Under the pieces are notes generated by a model. It searched no databases. It was not told the origin of the DNA and saw nothing but the letters and a program-made list of their open reading frames with translations. From Candidatus Zixiibacteriota bacterium (lineage in GTDB: Bacteria > Zixibacteria > MSB-5A5 > WJJR01 > JAJRUJ01): a stretch of DNA of 64,000 nucleotides. Position 1 is the stretch's first letter, and the number at the start of each line of letters is the position of its first letter. Both the position numbers and the translations under genes were made by a program. Of this stretch, positions 54,201 through 63,390 are shown in pieces. The stretch is taken from positions 79,937 to 143,936 of the forward strand of contig JAGVQM010000019.1 of NCBI GenBank assembly GCA_020051695.1. The letters run 5' to 3'.

Positions 54201-54631
54201 CCGAACAGCAGGCGATCCAGGACGGCGTTGATGAATTGCAGCCGCAGGCGCGGGAACGGCGCAACCTGTTGGGCCGTATAGACCAGCTGAGCGGGGAGAT
54301 GAAAAAAATCATCGGCGACATGGACCATTATCAGATCTCCGGCCAGACGATGGACCGGATGCAGCGGCTCTACTCGCGGATGCTGGATTTTCAACATTCA
54401 TTGCACCGGCAGGACTACAAGGAAGACCGCCGCGCCGGTTTCGGCGAGGATGTCCTGCGCTCGTCGCCCCCGGACCTCGATATGGATGCCGGTTTGAGCC
54501 GGAGCGAACTTGACCGCTTACTGGAACGCTATCTTGATGAGGGATATCCGAAGGCCTACGAAACGCTGATTAGATCATATTACCGGGAGCTGCTGGAAGA
54601 CCAGCGGCTGCCCGCAGGCTCCCTGAAATAA
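51227..54631 (+). CDS. large membrane-anchored protein with extended coiled-coil / Gln-Glu-rich region (DUF4175-like)
   Basis: 1134 aa. Two N-terminal TM helices, an Ig-like beta-rich region of about 500 aa, then about 450 aa of coiled coil (EEIERLHRELLQ..., MQQQNKSTAQQSGKQ...). Confidence 0.6.
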   Translation: MSPLINYSRILARLNTLRRRLVFCKLSTGILAAFSYLVAGFLLAASLSILGIAPVAVRTGWWLVLLAGITMILGPLVWKYLISPPSSEQLALVVESRYPQLKNRLIAALQLRQYLTTNHEGYSTDLVGRTVEQADRLSAEIDLDCCVDRGPLMQWLRRTGIMAVLAVATVVLLPGAANRALSSFSRPLTSMIEPVGYHLAVYPGDAEVIKFDTVIVRAVLTGRDAPGQVVLSHRAEGGQWLAEELTGLAYRSGSSLAGPDSTIFSYRLGPVMRDVEYTFAADRLISNVFTIKALDRPRVTDIRLSYFYPEYTGLEPLVFDENNGAISALAGTDVEIAVQANRPLKHAELVFNDGISLALEVRDRSAVGRITVTRDASYYIRLIDQQGHENPHPIEYGISMLADAYPRAEILLPGHDADLDDQMAVNLKIGAVDDYGFTDMVLIYRWLSGGQLREENRVRLPLPGRRTANVEIDYWWDLEPIGMMPSDVVAYHVEVFDNDRISGPKSSVSKSFTLRFPSLDEMLAEVGARQDENIIDLEEILNGEQRLAEEIERLHRELLQTDDPDWQMQKQFESLNNQQDELTQKFTEKAEKFSEGLSELQEKKLASAEMLAKLEEAQELFKEVATEEMKEQARELAELLKELDPAEMAEALEDMQLSTEEMIERLERTIEYLKKMRAEQKIDEMIKRAEDLASRQQDLNDDIEASPPDELDKQTERQDGLKEDFEKLDTDLQEAESALKDAKFAPEGLIEQFCQAARMCSAPEAMSEAAQAMQQQNKSTAQQSGKQANKQLNDLVSRMRELQQMMTDDMQEEVAGMLREALDQAMYLSEHQEELQEQLQDLDFQNPDMRKLAELQADLLGGTQRLDAAMSEIAKKSMCVGGANFGLKGVGESMTQAIEMLTQQNGRGAAGHQKNAMSGINRAAQQLMQGMQQNSGQCQNPGQCNKPGGMMPTMGSLANRQGRLNAQMSQMFEEMGGTMTTEERLTLARLKAEQQAIQDGVDELQPQARERRNLLGRIDQLSGEMKKIIGDMDHYQISGQTMDRMQRLYSRMLDFQHSLHRQDYKEDRRAGFGEDVLRSSPPDLDMDAGLSRSELDRLLERYLDEGYPKAYETLIRSYYRELLEDQRLPAGSLK

Positions 54632-54682
54632 AGGAAGCCCCGCGCGTAGCGCGGGGCTTCTATACTCGTTGTCCCGACCGAT

Positions 54683-56926
54683 TTACATCTCGGTGCACGG
54701 GTCACACGGCGGCGGCTTATCCGGCAGATAGACGTATTGGACCAGATAAATGACGTCCACCGGATTGATCACGCCGTCGCAGTTGACGTCCCCGTTTTGC
54801 ATGCAGTTGCCGGGGTTACACGGCCCCTGCCCCGATGAACGGTAGACATAATTGACCATCCAGATAACATCCGTCGGATAGATCGCGCCGTTGCAATCCC
54901 AGTCGCCATTGAGCGAACAATCGCAGGGTTCAATGGTAATGATCCCCTTGACAAACGCGGGAAAGACCTCCGAGGTTTCCTCGCACGTCAGAAAACGCAA
55001 ATGGTTTAATGGCGGCAGGAACACGGTGTCGATCTCAAATGTCCCGGGGTTATTATTCAGGTTGAACCGCATCTTGATATATGCGGCCGAATCCAGTGTA
55101 TTCAGGCAGTGGTTATTGCCCAATTGCGCCTTGCCCCAGAGGAAAAAGTCATCCGGGCTGACTAGGTCGAAGTTGGGATACTGATTGTATTTACGTTCGT
55201 TTGAAATCGCATCCTCCGGGAGCATCATCCAGGGCAGCGTGTCAACGACGCCGGTCCAGAACGCCCCGCCGGAAACCGAACGGGCGGTCAACGGCAGCGA
55301 TATCGACCACATTGGGCTGGTCGTGATGATCCGAATCGGCAGGATGATGTTTTTGGTCTTGGCCTGAGCCGCCACCGAACCGATTTCGACTTTGTCGTTG
55401 ACGGTGGCCACGAACACATCCCAGCCCACCGTCGTCAGCGCGCAGCCGTCATCGGCGTCGACTGTGAAATGATACGCCCCGCCGTTGTTCAGAGCATCAT
55501 TCAAACTCGGGGTCCAGGTGATCTCATCACCGGCCAGTGACGGCGTATTTTCCGGCGGCGTCGGCGTGATTGTCATATTGCTATAGGTCAGACCGTCCCC
55601 ATCGGGGTCGGTGATGCCCGCGGCCAGATCCTCCGTATAGCCGCCTGCATAGAAGAAACTGCGTGCAGGTATCGTACTTACCGGGGGCTGGTTGCCCACG
55701 GCAACGGAAAACGAGCACTGCTCGGTGCGCCCGGCAACATCCTCCGCCTCGACCGTCACGGTATACGGGCTGCCGGAAATATCACCGCAGCCGGGTGTCC
55801 AGGACCACTCGCCGGTAGTCAAAAGTGTCCCCGGCCCGCCGATCTTGGTGTAGGTGACCGTGAACGGGGTGGTGGCGGTTATTGTCCTGGAGGCGAGGTT
55901 TCCCCAGTGTACATTCATGTTCGAGCCGCAGACGGCACCCACCGGGATTGCCTCAACGTCAACCGCAAACGAGAGTATATTGGACAAACAGCCGCCCTCT
56001 CCGTTGGCGACATCGGAAACTTCGACCTCGACAGTGTAGCTGCCGTCATCTCCCGCTCCGGGGGTCCACGACCACGCGCCGGTGTTGACATTGACAGCGC
56101 CGGGACCGGAATGCAAATAAAACGCGGCCGCCGTGCCGTCTGGATGATGATAGGTGCCGTTATGGGTGTTGCTCAGCGCATCAAGTTCACTGCCGGAAAC
56201 CAACGCACTGGTGTAACTGCCGATGACATCCGGGCAGGGGCCGGCCTGGATGGAGATGACGCCCTTGTCGAACGATGTTTCGCCAGTCCCTTCCGGCCCA
56301 TGGTCAACGGGCGGGAAGTTATTATCGATCATGAATATCGTGAACAACGAATTGTTAAAACAGGCGGTGTCGAACTCAAACTGGCCGGCGGACCCCGAAA
56401 CATCGAACGTTAAAGTCACGACCAATGCCCCCGTGGGTTTGGCCGGCTCCCCGGCGGCGGAACCGCTGGCATTCACCACAAAGTGGTCGGGGGAAACACC
56501 GTCATACCCGCTATCCCCATTCGGATCGCACACGCCCGTCGGAATTCCCGGCCGGACTTCTTCCACCAGGTTGGCCCAAAGGGTGGCCCAATGCCAGGTG
56601 ACACCCAGAAAGGACGGATGGTAGTAGGAGATGCCGTTGGTGTCGTACGGAAGCGCCCCTGTCCAGAATGAGCCGGTTGACAATTCTCGCACAACCAGCG
56701 GGACGGTAAATCCGCCAAGGGCATAATCCCACGACGCGCTGATCCCCAAAGTCACGCCGGTTTCGTTGAGTGCGACGCCCTTGGATTCAACACTTACCCG
56801 CCACTCAGCCAGGGCATCGGCCGAGACGAGCATCAAACAGACGACCGCCAGCATGGCCGCCACTGCGAACCTGCGCGCTGCGGATGAGGCCGCAACGTTG
56901 AAGAACACGATCCTGGTGTTTTTCAT
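54683..56926 (-). CDS. secreted cell-surface protein with Ig-like/cadherin-like repeats and C-terminal dockerin-like tandem calcium-binding repeats
   Basis: Signal peptide. The C-terminus carries two dockerin-type repeats (DCNGAIYPTDVIWMVNYVY and DVNCDGVINPVDVIYLVQYVY). Confidence 0.6.
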   Translation of the reverse strand: MKNTRIVFFNVAASSAARRFAVAAMLAVVCLMLVSADALAEWRVSVESKGVALNETGVTLGISASWDYALGGFTVPLVVRELSTGSFWTGALPYDTNGISYYHPSFLGVTWHWATLWANLVEEVRPGIPTGVCDPNGDSGYDGVSPDHFVVNASGSAAGEPAKPTGALVVTLTFDVSGSAGQFEFDTACFNNSLFTIFMIDNNFPPVDHGPEGTGETSFDKGVISIQAGPCPDVIGSYTSALVSGSELDALSNTHNGTYHHPDGTAAAFYLHSGPGAVNVNTGAWSWTPGAGDDGSYTVEVEVSDVANGEGGCLSNILSFAVDVEAIPVGAVCGSNMNVHWGNLASRTITATTPFTVTYTKIGGPGTLLTTGEWSWTPGCGDISGSPYTVTVEAEDVAGRTEQCSFSVAVGNQPPVSTIPARSFFYAGGYTEDLAAGITDPDGDGLTYSNMTITPTPPENTPSLAGDEITWTPSLNDALNNGGAYHFTVDADDGCALTTVGWDVFVATVNDKVEIGSVAAQAKTKNIILPIRIITTSPMWSISLPLTARSVSGGAFWTGVVDTLPWMMLPEDAISNERKYNQYPNFDLVSPDDFFLWGKAQLGNNHCLNTLDSAAYIKMRFNLNNNPGTFEIDTVFLPPLNHLRFLTCEETSEVFPAFVKGIITIEPCDCSLNGDWDCNGAIYPTDVIWMVNYVYRSSGQGPCNPGNCMQNGDVNCDGVINPVDVIYLVQYVYLPDKPPPCDPCTEM

Positions 56927-57271
56927 ACAACCCTCCCTCGGGCGGACCCGTAATCCTTACCGGTCATGCCGGCCGACGCCGGTGTCGGTCGGCGGACAAC
57001 GCCGAATGCCCGATTCAATTGAAGTGCGGCAGTGACACATTTGTTTGCATCCCCGATGACAACCAAAAATCTCAACCAGCCACTCCGGGACACTACACAA
57101 TGACGTAATACCCCGCTGTACACCCGTAAATATACACAATATGCCGCAGGTGTAAATGGGCGGCTCGTGAAAAAATGATTAATCTTCAGCCGGCGAACTT
57201 AGAGGTTGGGGAGAAAACCCTACGGATTTAGTCGTGCGGTGGAACGATAAGTCGTTGACTCACTGGAAGAT

Positions 57272-58168
57272 TCATCGCAAAAATAGAATGGTGACACCAC
57301 AAACAGAGACAATTGCACCCAGTAGGGCCCTGACCGATGGGTATTCCCGATGAACGAATATTTCCAACGGGATGACCAGTACCGGCACGGCGGCCATGAT
57401 TGTCGCGGCGATACCGGCTTCCGTGTGCCGGACGGCCACTAAAGACAGCCAGACACCGATAAACGGACCAACCGTCGCGCCACCCATCGAAAGCATCAAT
57501 CCCCGTTTATTCCGGAGCGCACGAATGGTACTCAAAAGCCGACCGGACAAAATAGTGAATAGCCAGAGCACGGCCGCCGCCGCGAGCATGCGGCACAACG
57601 TGGCCTCCAACGGCAGTACATCTCCACCCATACCCAACTTGGCCAGTACGAGGCCGACGGCCTGCCCTGCCGCGCCCGCCAGGCCCCACAGGGCCCCGGC
57701 CAAAAGCGACCCTGACCGCGCAATTCGTGCGGCACCGCGTTTTTCAATGGAAACCCACACGATGCCAACGATGGCGACGCCGATCCCGGCCAGTGCGATC
57801 GGTCCCAGCACCTCGCCAAGCACGGGCCAGGCAAACAGCGCGGTGAACACCGGACCGGCGACCATCAGCAGCGTGGCCCGACGGGGACCCAATATCACCA
57901 GACTGGTGAAATAGCAGTAATCACCCAGCACCAAACCAACCACTCCGCTCAGGGACAGCCAAAGCACATTTTGGAGGGGAATAGCGGCAGGGACAAACCG
58001 TCCGGTGAGGACCCACAACGCCAGCGACAACAACACACTCGCCTGCAGAATGCGGATTTTATTGACATTATTCGCGCCGAGCTGCCGGCCCGCCGCATCG
58101 AAAAACAGCGAGCCAAAGGACCAGCAGGTGGCCGTGCCCAATGCCGCCAGTTCACCGAAGTAGTTCAT
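57272..58168 (-). CDS. DMT-superfamily transporter (EamA family)
   Basis: Ten TM helices in two EamA repeats; 298 aa. Confidence 0.8.
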   Translation of the reverse strand: MNYFGELAALGTATCWSFGSLFFDAAGRQLGANNVNKIRILQASVLLSLALWVLTGRFVPAAIPLQNVLWLSLSGVVGLVLGDYCYFTSLVILGPRRATLLMVAGPVFTALFAWPVLGEVLGPIALAGIGVAIVGIVWVSIEKRGAARIARSGSLLAGALWGLAGAAGQAVGLVLAKLGMGGDVLPLEATLCRMLAAAAVLWLFTILSGRLLSTIRALRNKRGLMLSMGGATVGPFIGVWLSLVAVRHTEAGIAATIMAAVPVLVIPLEIFVHREYPSVRALLGAIVSVCGVTILFLR

Positions 58169-58318
58169 CGTGCCCCGGGGGTGCCCATGGAATGGGCTGC
58201 TGTCAACCGAGCCGAACGCGCTGTGAAAAGCAAGAGCGGTGACCCGCTACAGGGGGCCACCGCCCGTAAATCATCAAGTCCAACCGACAATGCGACCAAC
58301 ACGTGTCGGCAGTCGGTC

Positions 58319-58744
58319 CTACGAGATATGCTTGGAGATCAACTTGGTCATCTCAAACATACTGACCTGGGTTTTGTTCCCGAAGACAGGTTTCAACTTG
58401 TCGTCGGCATTGATCATTCTGCGGTTTTTGGCATCCTGCAAACCGTTCTTCTTGATGTACACCCAGATCTTCTTGGTGATTTCCGTCCGGGGAACGGCCT
58501 TGGTCCCAATGACCGCGCCAAGCGCCTCGTCCGGCTGCATCGGTTTCATGAATGCCGGGTTTGGTTTGCGTTTGGCTTTGACTTTTGGTTTGGCTTTGGG
58601 TTTTGCCGTGGTTGTTTTTTTGGTGGTCTTCTTCACCGTCGGCTTTTTGGCGGCAGCTTTCCGAACCGGTTTCTTTGCGGCTTTTTTCGCCGGTTTACGG
58701 ACAGTCTTTTTGGCTTTCGCCTTGGTTGTTTTTTTGACCGGCAT
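58319..58744 (-). CDS. SWIB/MDM2-domain protein with histone H1-like lysine/alanine-rich N-terminal region
   Basis: Start at MPVKKTTKAKAKK. About 65 aa of KKxxAKK repeats, then a SWIB fold (PDEALGAVIG...ITKKIWVYIKKNGLQD...MFEMTKLISKHI). Confidence 0.7.
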   Translation of the reverse strand: MPVKKTTKAKAKKTVRKPAKKAAKKPVRKAAAKKPTVKKTTKKTTTAKPKAKPKVKAKRKPNPAFMKPMQPDEALGAVIGTKAVPRTEITKKIWVYIKKNGLQDAKNRRMINADDKLKPVFGNKTQVSMFEMTKLISKHIS

Positions 58745-58902
58745 CGGCCACTCCTTTGTTAAGCTTTGTGTAAAAGCATTACCCTTTGCCCGATCTTTTA
58801 ACACCCGGAGAGAACATTGTCAAGAAAAACCATTCACTCATCGGCATGTTTTTTTAATTTTTTTTGGAGGAATCTCCCTGAGGAAACGGTCCCGCCCCGG
58901 TG

Positions 58903-59748
58903 TCATGGGCCGGTAGCGGATGATTTTCGCACCGGCGTGACCAGCCTCATCGTGATCCCCTCGTCCTGCACACGCGCGGTCACCCGCTGGGCGGCATCGA
59001 TCCAATACATTTTCTCCAGCCCCTCTGTGCCTGCGGAGCGACGGCGGTACCTGACCAGATAACAGTCCCGGCCGTCAATCGTGTCGCGTCCCACGGTCTC
59101 CAGACTGATGCGGACTTCGCCGACCGGCGGGGCCAGGATGACTTTTTCATAGGAGAAAGTATCCGAGACATGCAACATCCACTGGCCGTAAAACTCCCAG
59201 AGTGTCCGGCAAAACCCCCGTTCTTCCCCCGGCAGGGCGTCATTACGGGACATGCCCGAGTCGGGCGGTAGTTCGCCGATGATGCTTCCGGTCTGCGGGT
59301 CAATCGACGCCGAGGATATCTCCCGGAGGAAATGGGGAACTGTATCGGCGGTGAGGCCGGCCCGCGGATTACGGAATGTCGCCTGGCGGATCAGCACGAC
59401 CGCAGTGGTATCGCCCAGCGCCGACCGACTGGACCTGGTCACCCGCTGCTGCCGAGGGTAGCGGCCGATTCCCGCATAGAGGATTTTCGTCCGGCCGCCC
59501 GATGCACTCTCCAGGGCTGCCGAATCGACCTCCATCGAATAGTAAAAAGACCGGTGGCGCTCAAAATTGAATATTGCCGTGGGCGGATGAATGCCTGACT
59601 CAGAGACTACACGCGGCGCGAAAGGAGACGTTTCAGCCGTATCGGCGGCGGGGATGCCTGACGCAGAATTCAGCGTTGCCGCAAACCCCGCAAAAGCAAC
59701 GATGAACGCCACAGCGACACCCCAGATGCCTCGGCAACCGGAGATCAT
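58903..59748 (-). CDS. hypothetical secreted protein
   Basis: Signal peptide MISGCRGIWGVAVAFIVAFAGFAA; no recognisable domains. Confidence 0.45.
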   Translation of the reverse strand: MISGCRGIWGVAVAFIVAFAGFAATLNSASGIPAADTAETSPFAPRVVSESGIHPPTAIFNFERHRSFYYSMEVDSAALESASGGRTKILYAGIGRYPRQQRVTRSSRSALGDTTAVVLIRQATFRNPRAGLTADTVPHFLREISSASIDPQTGSIIGELPPDSGMSRNDALPGEERGFCRTLWEFYGQWMLHVSDTFSYEKVILAPPVGEVRISLETVGRDTIDGRDCYLVRYRRRSAGTEGLEKMYWIDAAQRVTARVQDEGITMRLVTPVRKSSATGP

Positions 59749-60028
59749 TGCGGCCACCCATTTGCTAACGACCACTTAATCATTGCGGCAGGACCGGTCT
59801 CCTCTCCCAATATGCTCCCAAGATTGTACCAACCAAATGCGCGGGAGACCGTCTCACAAGGAAAATTTGTAAGAAACAGGCGAGTGACCTTTGGCGGATA
59901 ATCCTCATTTCGCCAGCGGAGCGATGACCTGTCCTGATCTGGTTGGCGGGGATTCTCCTGCCCCACCCGACGCGGGAGTGGGCACGATCAGTGGTGGCAA
60001 TGCCAATCTGGCCGGCGCAATCCCGATT

Positions 60029-60358
60029 TCAAGCAGGCAACGTGACAGTCCGCCGCCGCAGAAACCAACTGATAACCAGCAGGACGCCGGTAATCAGGCA
60101 AAGCACATATGGCCAGGAACCCGCGGCCGGGGCGCTCAGATACCCCATGTGGAGATAGCCCGCGATCACGAGCACGCCGCCCATCACTTCCCATTTCCAG
60201 CCAATGAGCAAACCCGCGAGGATAGTACATATCGCGATGAATGTGGGGGGGGCCGGTGCATCGCGGTCCACAATGTGGACTACAAGAAAAAGACCAAAAA
60301 ACAAAACTAATGACGCGGCAAGCACCCGCGCCGCCCAGTGAACGAATGCGGCCACCAT
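60029..60358 (-). CDS. small hypothetical membrane protein
   Basis: 109 aa, three TM helices. Confidence 0.4.
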   Translation of the reverse strand: MVAAFVHWAARVLAASLVLFFGLFLVVHIVDRDAPAPPTFIAICTILAGLLIGWKWEVMGGVLVIAGYLHMGYLSAPAAGSWPYVLCLITGVLLVISWFLRRRTVTLPA

Positions 60359-60489
60359 GTTACCTCCTCCGTCAAACTGAACCGTTCAGGGCTTGTCCTC
60401 GCTCGCCCGTTTCACTGCGGTGCCGGAACAGGCCGACCCCCCCCCGCCGCTTGTCGCCAATAATCCGGCCCGACGGAAACTACCCGGCA

Positions 60490-61221
60490 CTAGCGCACTG
60501 TTCCGGTCAACTCCAGATATTTGTGCAGGTCTTCCGGTGTGCCCAACCCATGCATCTGGTTTTCGCTGATTTCATAGATACCGATCCGACGGCCGTCCCT
60601 GATCGCGTAATTGTACACCGGGCAGGTATAAAATTCATTATTGACCCGGTCGTTGTGGGCGATCATTTCGGCGGCATATTGCACGAAATCCCGGCCGTGC
60701 GCAAAATAATAGATGCCCACGGTGGCCTGGTCACTGATCACCTGTTTTTCGCGGACTTCGGTGACCAGCCCGTGCTCATCGGGTTTGGCGTAACTCCACT
60801 TGGTCTCGGTGGCGTGGAAAGTGAGGATTGAACCGGCCAGTCCGCGGCGCTCGGCGTCGGCAATAAAATTATCGAGGTCAAGGTCCACAAGCTGGTCGGA
60901 ATTGGCCAACAACAGCGGTTCGGCGGTATTGATCAGCCGGGCCGCCAATAAAATCGTACAGCAGGCGCCTTCAGTCAGCCGGTCAACGGTGACCACAACG
61001 GCAGAATATTTTTCCCGCAGCAGGGCAAAAAATGCGGATTCCTGAGCGAAATGCTCGGCCCGCACGATCAGGACGAAACGTCCCCCCGGTTGTTGCAGGT
61101 TGGCCAGCACGCGCTCGATCATGGGGCGGCCGTGGACGTCGATAAACGGCTTGGGTTTGTCAAACCCGGCCTCGGCAAACCGCGACCCGGAGCCGGCCAT
61201 GGGCACAACAATATTAAGCAT
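60490..61221 (-). CDS. sugar-phosphate/alcohol-phosphate nucleotidyltransferase-like protein (GT-A fold)
   Basis: N-terminal IVVPMAGSGSRF...KPKPFIDVHGRPMIERV nucleotide-binding signature; 243 aa. Confidence 0.6.
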   Translation of the reverse strand: MLNIVVPMAGSGSRFAEAGFDKPKPFIDVHGRPMIERVLANLQQPGGRFVLIVRAEHFAQESAFFALLREKYSAVVVTVDRLTEGACCTILLAARLINTAEPLLLANSDQLVDLDLDNFIADAERRGLAGSILTFHATETKWSYAKPDEHGLVTEVREKQVISDQATVGIYYFAHGRDFVQYAAEMIAHNDRVNNEFYTCPVYNYAIRDGRRIGIYEISENQMHGLGTPEDLHKYLELTGTVR

Positions 61222-61981
61222 GGGTGGTCACCGTATCGTGCTGTTCAAAGGCCTTGACTTCCTCGGGGGTGGACAACGGCAGCATGGCCTGTTTGTCGAT
61301 TTCGTAGATGCCGATTTTTTTACCCTGCAAAATCAGCTCGTTGTAGGACGGGCAGATGAAAAACTGGTCCATGACCCGTGCATCCTTGCGGATCATGGCC
61401 TGGGCGGCCTCGACGAAATCGCGGCCCCGGGCGAAATAGTAAATCCCGGCAGTGGCGTGAGTGGAAATCGGCCGTTTTTCGGCGGTTTCCATCACATACC
61501 CCTGATCGTCCAGTTTGGCAAACGACCACTTGGGATGGATCGACCGAAAAGTGATCATCGAACCATCCAGTTTCCGCCGCCGCGCATCGGCCAGAAAATC
61601 AGCCACCTCGATATCGAGAAACTGGTCACCGTTGGCAATGACCAGCGGGTCGTCGTTATTGATATATTTGATCGCCATCAGCGCGCTGCAGGCGGCCCCG
61701 CCGGTCGGCCGCTCGGAAATGATAATTTCACACCCCGGCGCCAGCAACCGCAGCACCTCGGCCAGGGCGAAACCGTCGACATCCTCCTTGCGCACGATGA
61801 AAATCATTTTAGTCGCGGTCAATCCGGCCAGATTTTCGCAGACGATCTGGACCATGGGTTTGCCCCGGACTTCGATCAAGGGCTTGGGGAAAATGAATCC
61901 CTGTTCCTTAAAAAGTTTCCCGCTACCGGCCAACGGGATCAGCAAGTTCAGTGTGTTCGACATGTTGTTCCTTCCCGGCAA
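61214..61981 (-). CDS. nucleotidyltransferase-like protein, paralog of 60490-61221
   Basis: LLIPLAGSGKLF...PKPLIEVRGKPMVQIV, with a parallel domain layout (..LANGDQF..; ..TAGIYYFARGRDFV..). Overlaps its neighbour by 8 nt. Confidence 0.6.
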   Translation of the reverse strand: MPGRNNMSNTLNLLIPLAGSGKLFKEQGFIFPKPLIEVRGKPMVQIVCENLAGLTATKMIFIVRKEDVDGFALAEVLRLLAPGCEIIISERPTGGAACSALMAIKYINNDDPLVIANGDQFLDIEVADFLADARRRKLDGSMITFRSIHPKWSFAKLDDQGYVMETAEKRPISTHATAGIYYFARGRDFVEAAQAMIRKDARVMDQFFICPSYNELILQGKKIGIYEIDKQAMLPLSTPEEVKAFEQHDTVTTHA

Positions 61982-62591
61982 ATCTGTCGATTTGACGCTT
62001 CAAATGCTCGTAGGTGACATCGGCGACGGTCTTGACGATGAACACATTGGCCCCGGCGGCAATGGCGGCCTTGACCCCATGCTCGTTGTCTTCCAGAATC
62101 AGGCATTCTTTGGGCGCCAGGCCCAGACGGCTCATCGCCGTGGTGTAGATTTCGGGGTCGGGTTTGGGTTTGGCCACGTCCTCGTTGCTCAGAAAAAACT
62201 CGAGGAACGGCAATAACCCGGCTTTTTCCAGCATCAGCGTGCACGAATTCCGGACAGCGTTGGAACAGACCGCCAGACGGTACCCTTCCTGCTGTAATTT
62301 GGCGAGCGCATATTCATGACAGAACATCGGCTTGCACAATCGGTGAATACAATCGATCGTGTATTTTTGCTTGATTTCGCTGATAAACGGATGCAGTTCC
62401 TCCGGCAGTCCCCGCTCCAGCGTCAGCATTTTCAGTTTTTTCCGGGTCGGCAAACCGTCATAGGTCACCATATGGTCATAGCGGCTGATCTGGTAGCCGA
62501 ACAGGGCCAGCGATTTATTGAGTGCCTCGTAATGCCATTCCTTGGCGTCGATCAGCACACCGTCCATGTCGAAAATCACCGCTTTAATCAT
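61923..62591 (-). CDS. HAD-superfamily hydrolase (beta-phosphoglucomutase/phosphatase subfamily IA)
   Basis: Motif I FDMDGVLID, motif II CSNA-type (LAVCSNAV), and a distal EDNEHGVKAAIAAGA motif IV. Confidence 0.8.
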   Translation of the reverse strand: MIKAVIFDMDGVLIDAKEWHYEALNKSLALFGYQISRYDHMVTYDGLPTRKKLKMLTLERGLPEELHPFISEIKQKYTIDCIHRLCKPMFCHEYALAKLQQEGYRLAVCSNAVRNSCTLMLEKAGLLPFLEFFLSNEDVAKPKPDPEIYTTAMSRLGLAPKECLILEDNEHGVKAAIAAGANVFIVKTVADVTYEHLKRQIDRFAGKEQHVEHTELADPVGR

Positions 62592-63225
62592 CGAAAAACT
62601 CCCGTGCCTGTACCGGATGGTCGGTACACAATTGTAAGGCGAAATCGCCGGAGGAGGGGAATTTCTTTATTTTATCCCATTGCCGCAGCTGGGCGCGGCC
62701 GTGCAATTCCGCCGAGACGATACACACGCGTTTGTTGCGCCGCCAGTGACCGGTGATGATTTTATCGGTAATCCAGCCGGCATTGAACTCGTCAAGCCAC
62801 ACACCGTCCGCTTCGTCATAAAATGGCGGCTCCGGCTCGAATTCCGATTGCCGGGTGTACACGCGGCAGCGGCTGTCAAGGTTGAGGTAACCCAGTCCAT
62901 CGGGCACCGACATATCAAAACAAAAAGCGCTGCTCAGCGCAAACCGTTTGACGGCATCCAGCACCAGGCGTTGCAGGCCGTCGGCCTTGATATTTAAAGC
63001 CCACAGCGCAAGAGTCAGCGCCGGCAGGTCGCTCAGCGAGGCGAGCACCTCCTCGAAATCGGCTGCCGACTCATCGGCGGGATCATGAGCAATCACCAGA
63101 CGGCCGGCGCGGTCGCGCAGGTCCACCTCGATCCCGAAGCCATTGGCGATGGCGGCCCGTATGGCGCCGGCGCTGTTTTTCTGCTCCGGCAGCTCCCACA
63201 GCCCGCGATGAGCAATGATCTCCAT
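62584..63225 (-). CDS. glycerophosphodiester phosphodiesterase family protein
   Basis: Start at MEIIAHRGLWE. Motifs HRG...EN.A...A...G...IE.DL...DG..VI.HD. Confidence 0.7.
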   Translation of the reverse strand: MEIIAHRGLWELPEQKNSAGAIRAAIANGFGIEVDLRDRAGRLVIAHDPADESAADFEEVLASLSDLPALTLALWALNIKADGLQRLVLDAVKRFALSSAFCFDMSVPDGLGYLNLDSRCRVYTRQSEFEPEPPFYDEADGVWLDEFNAGWITDKIITGHWRRNKRVCIVSAELHGRAQLRQWDKIKKFPSSGDFALQLCTDHPVQAREFFDD

Positions 63226-63390
63226 CGGACTCTGCTCCCCCTGAACAGTCCGTGGCGTGTGCGGCCGGGTCCGACCCGAACATGCCGCTGACTTCCCGCC
63301 CCGCACACAACACCGGCAGGGTACAAGCGGCCCCGGTAGTTGTCCAGAAAAAAAAGTGGAAAATTCGGGCCGATTTCGTCGGGTAAGACC

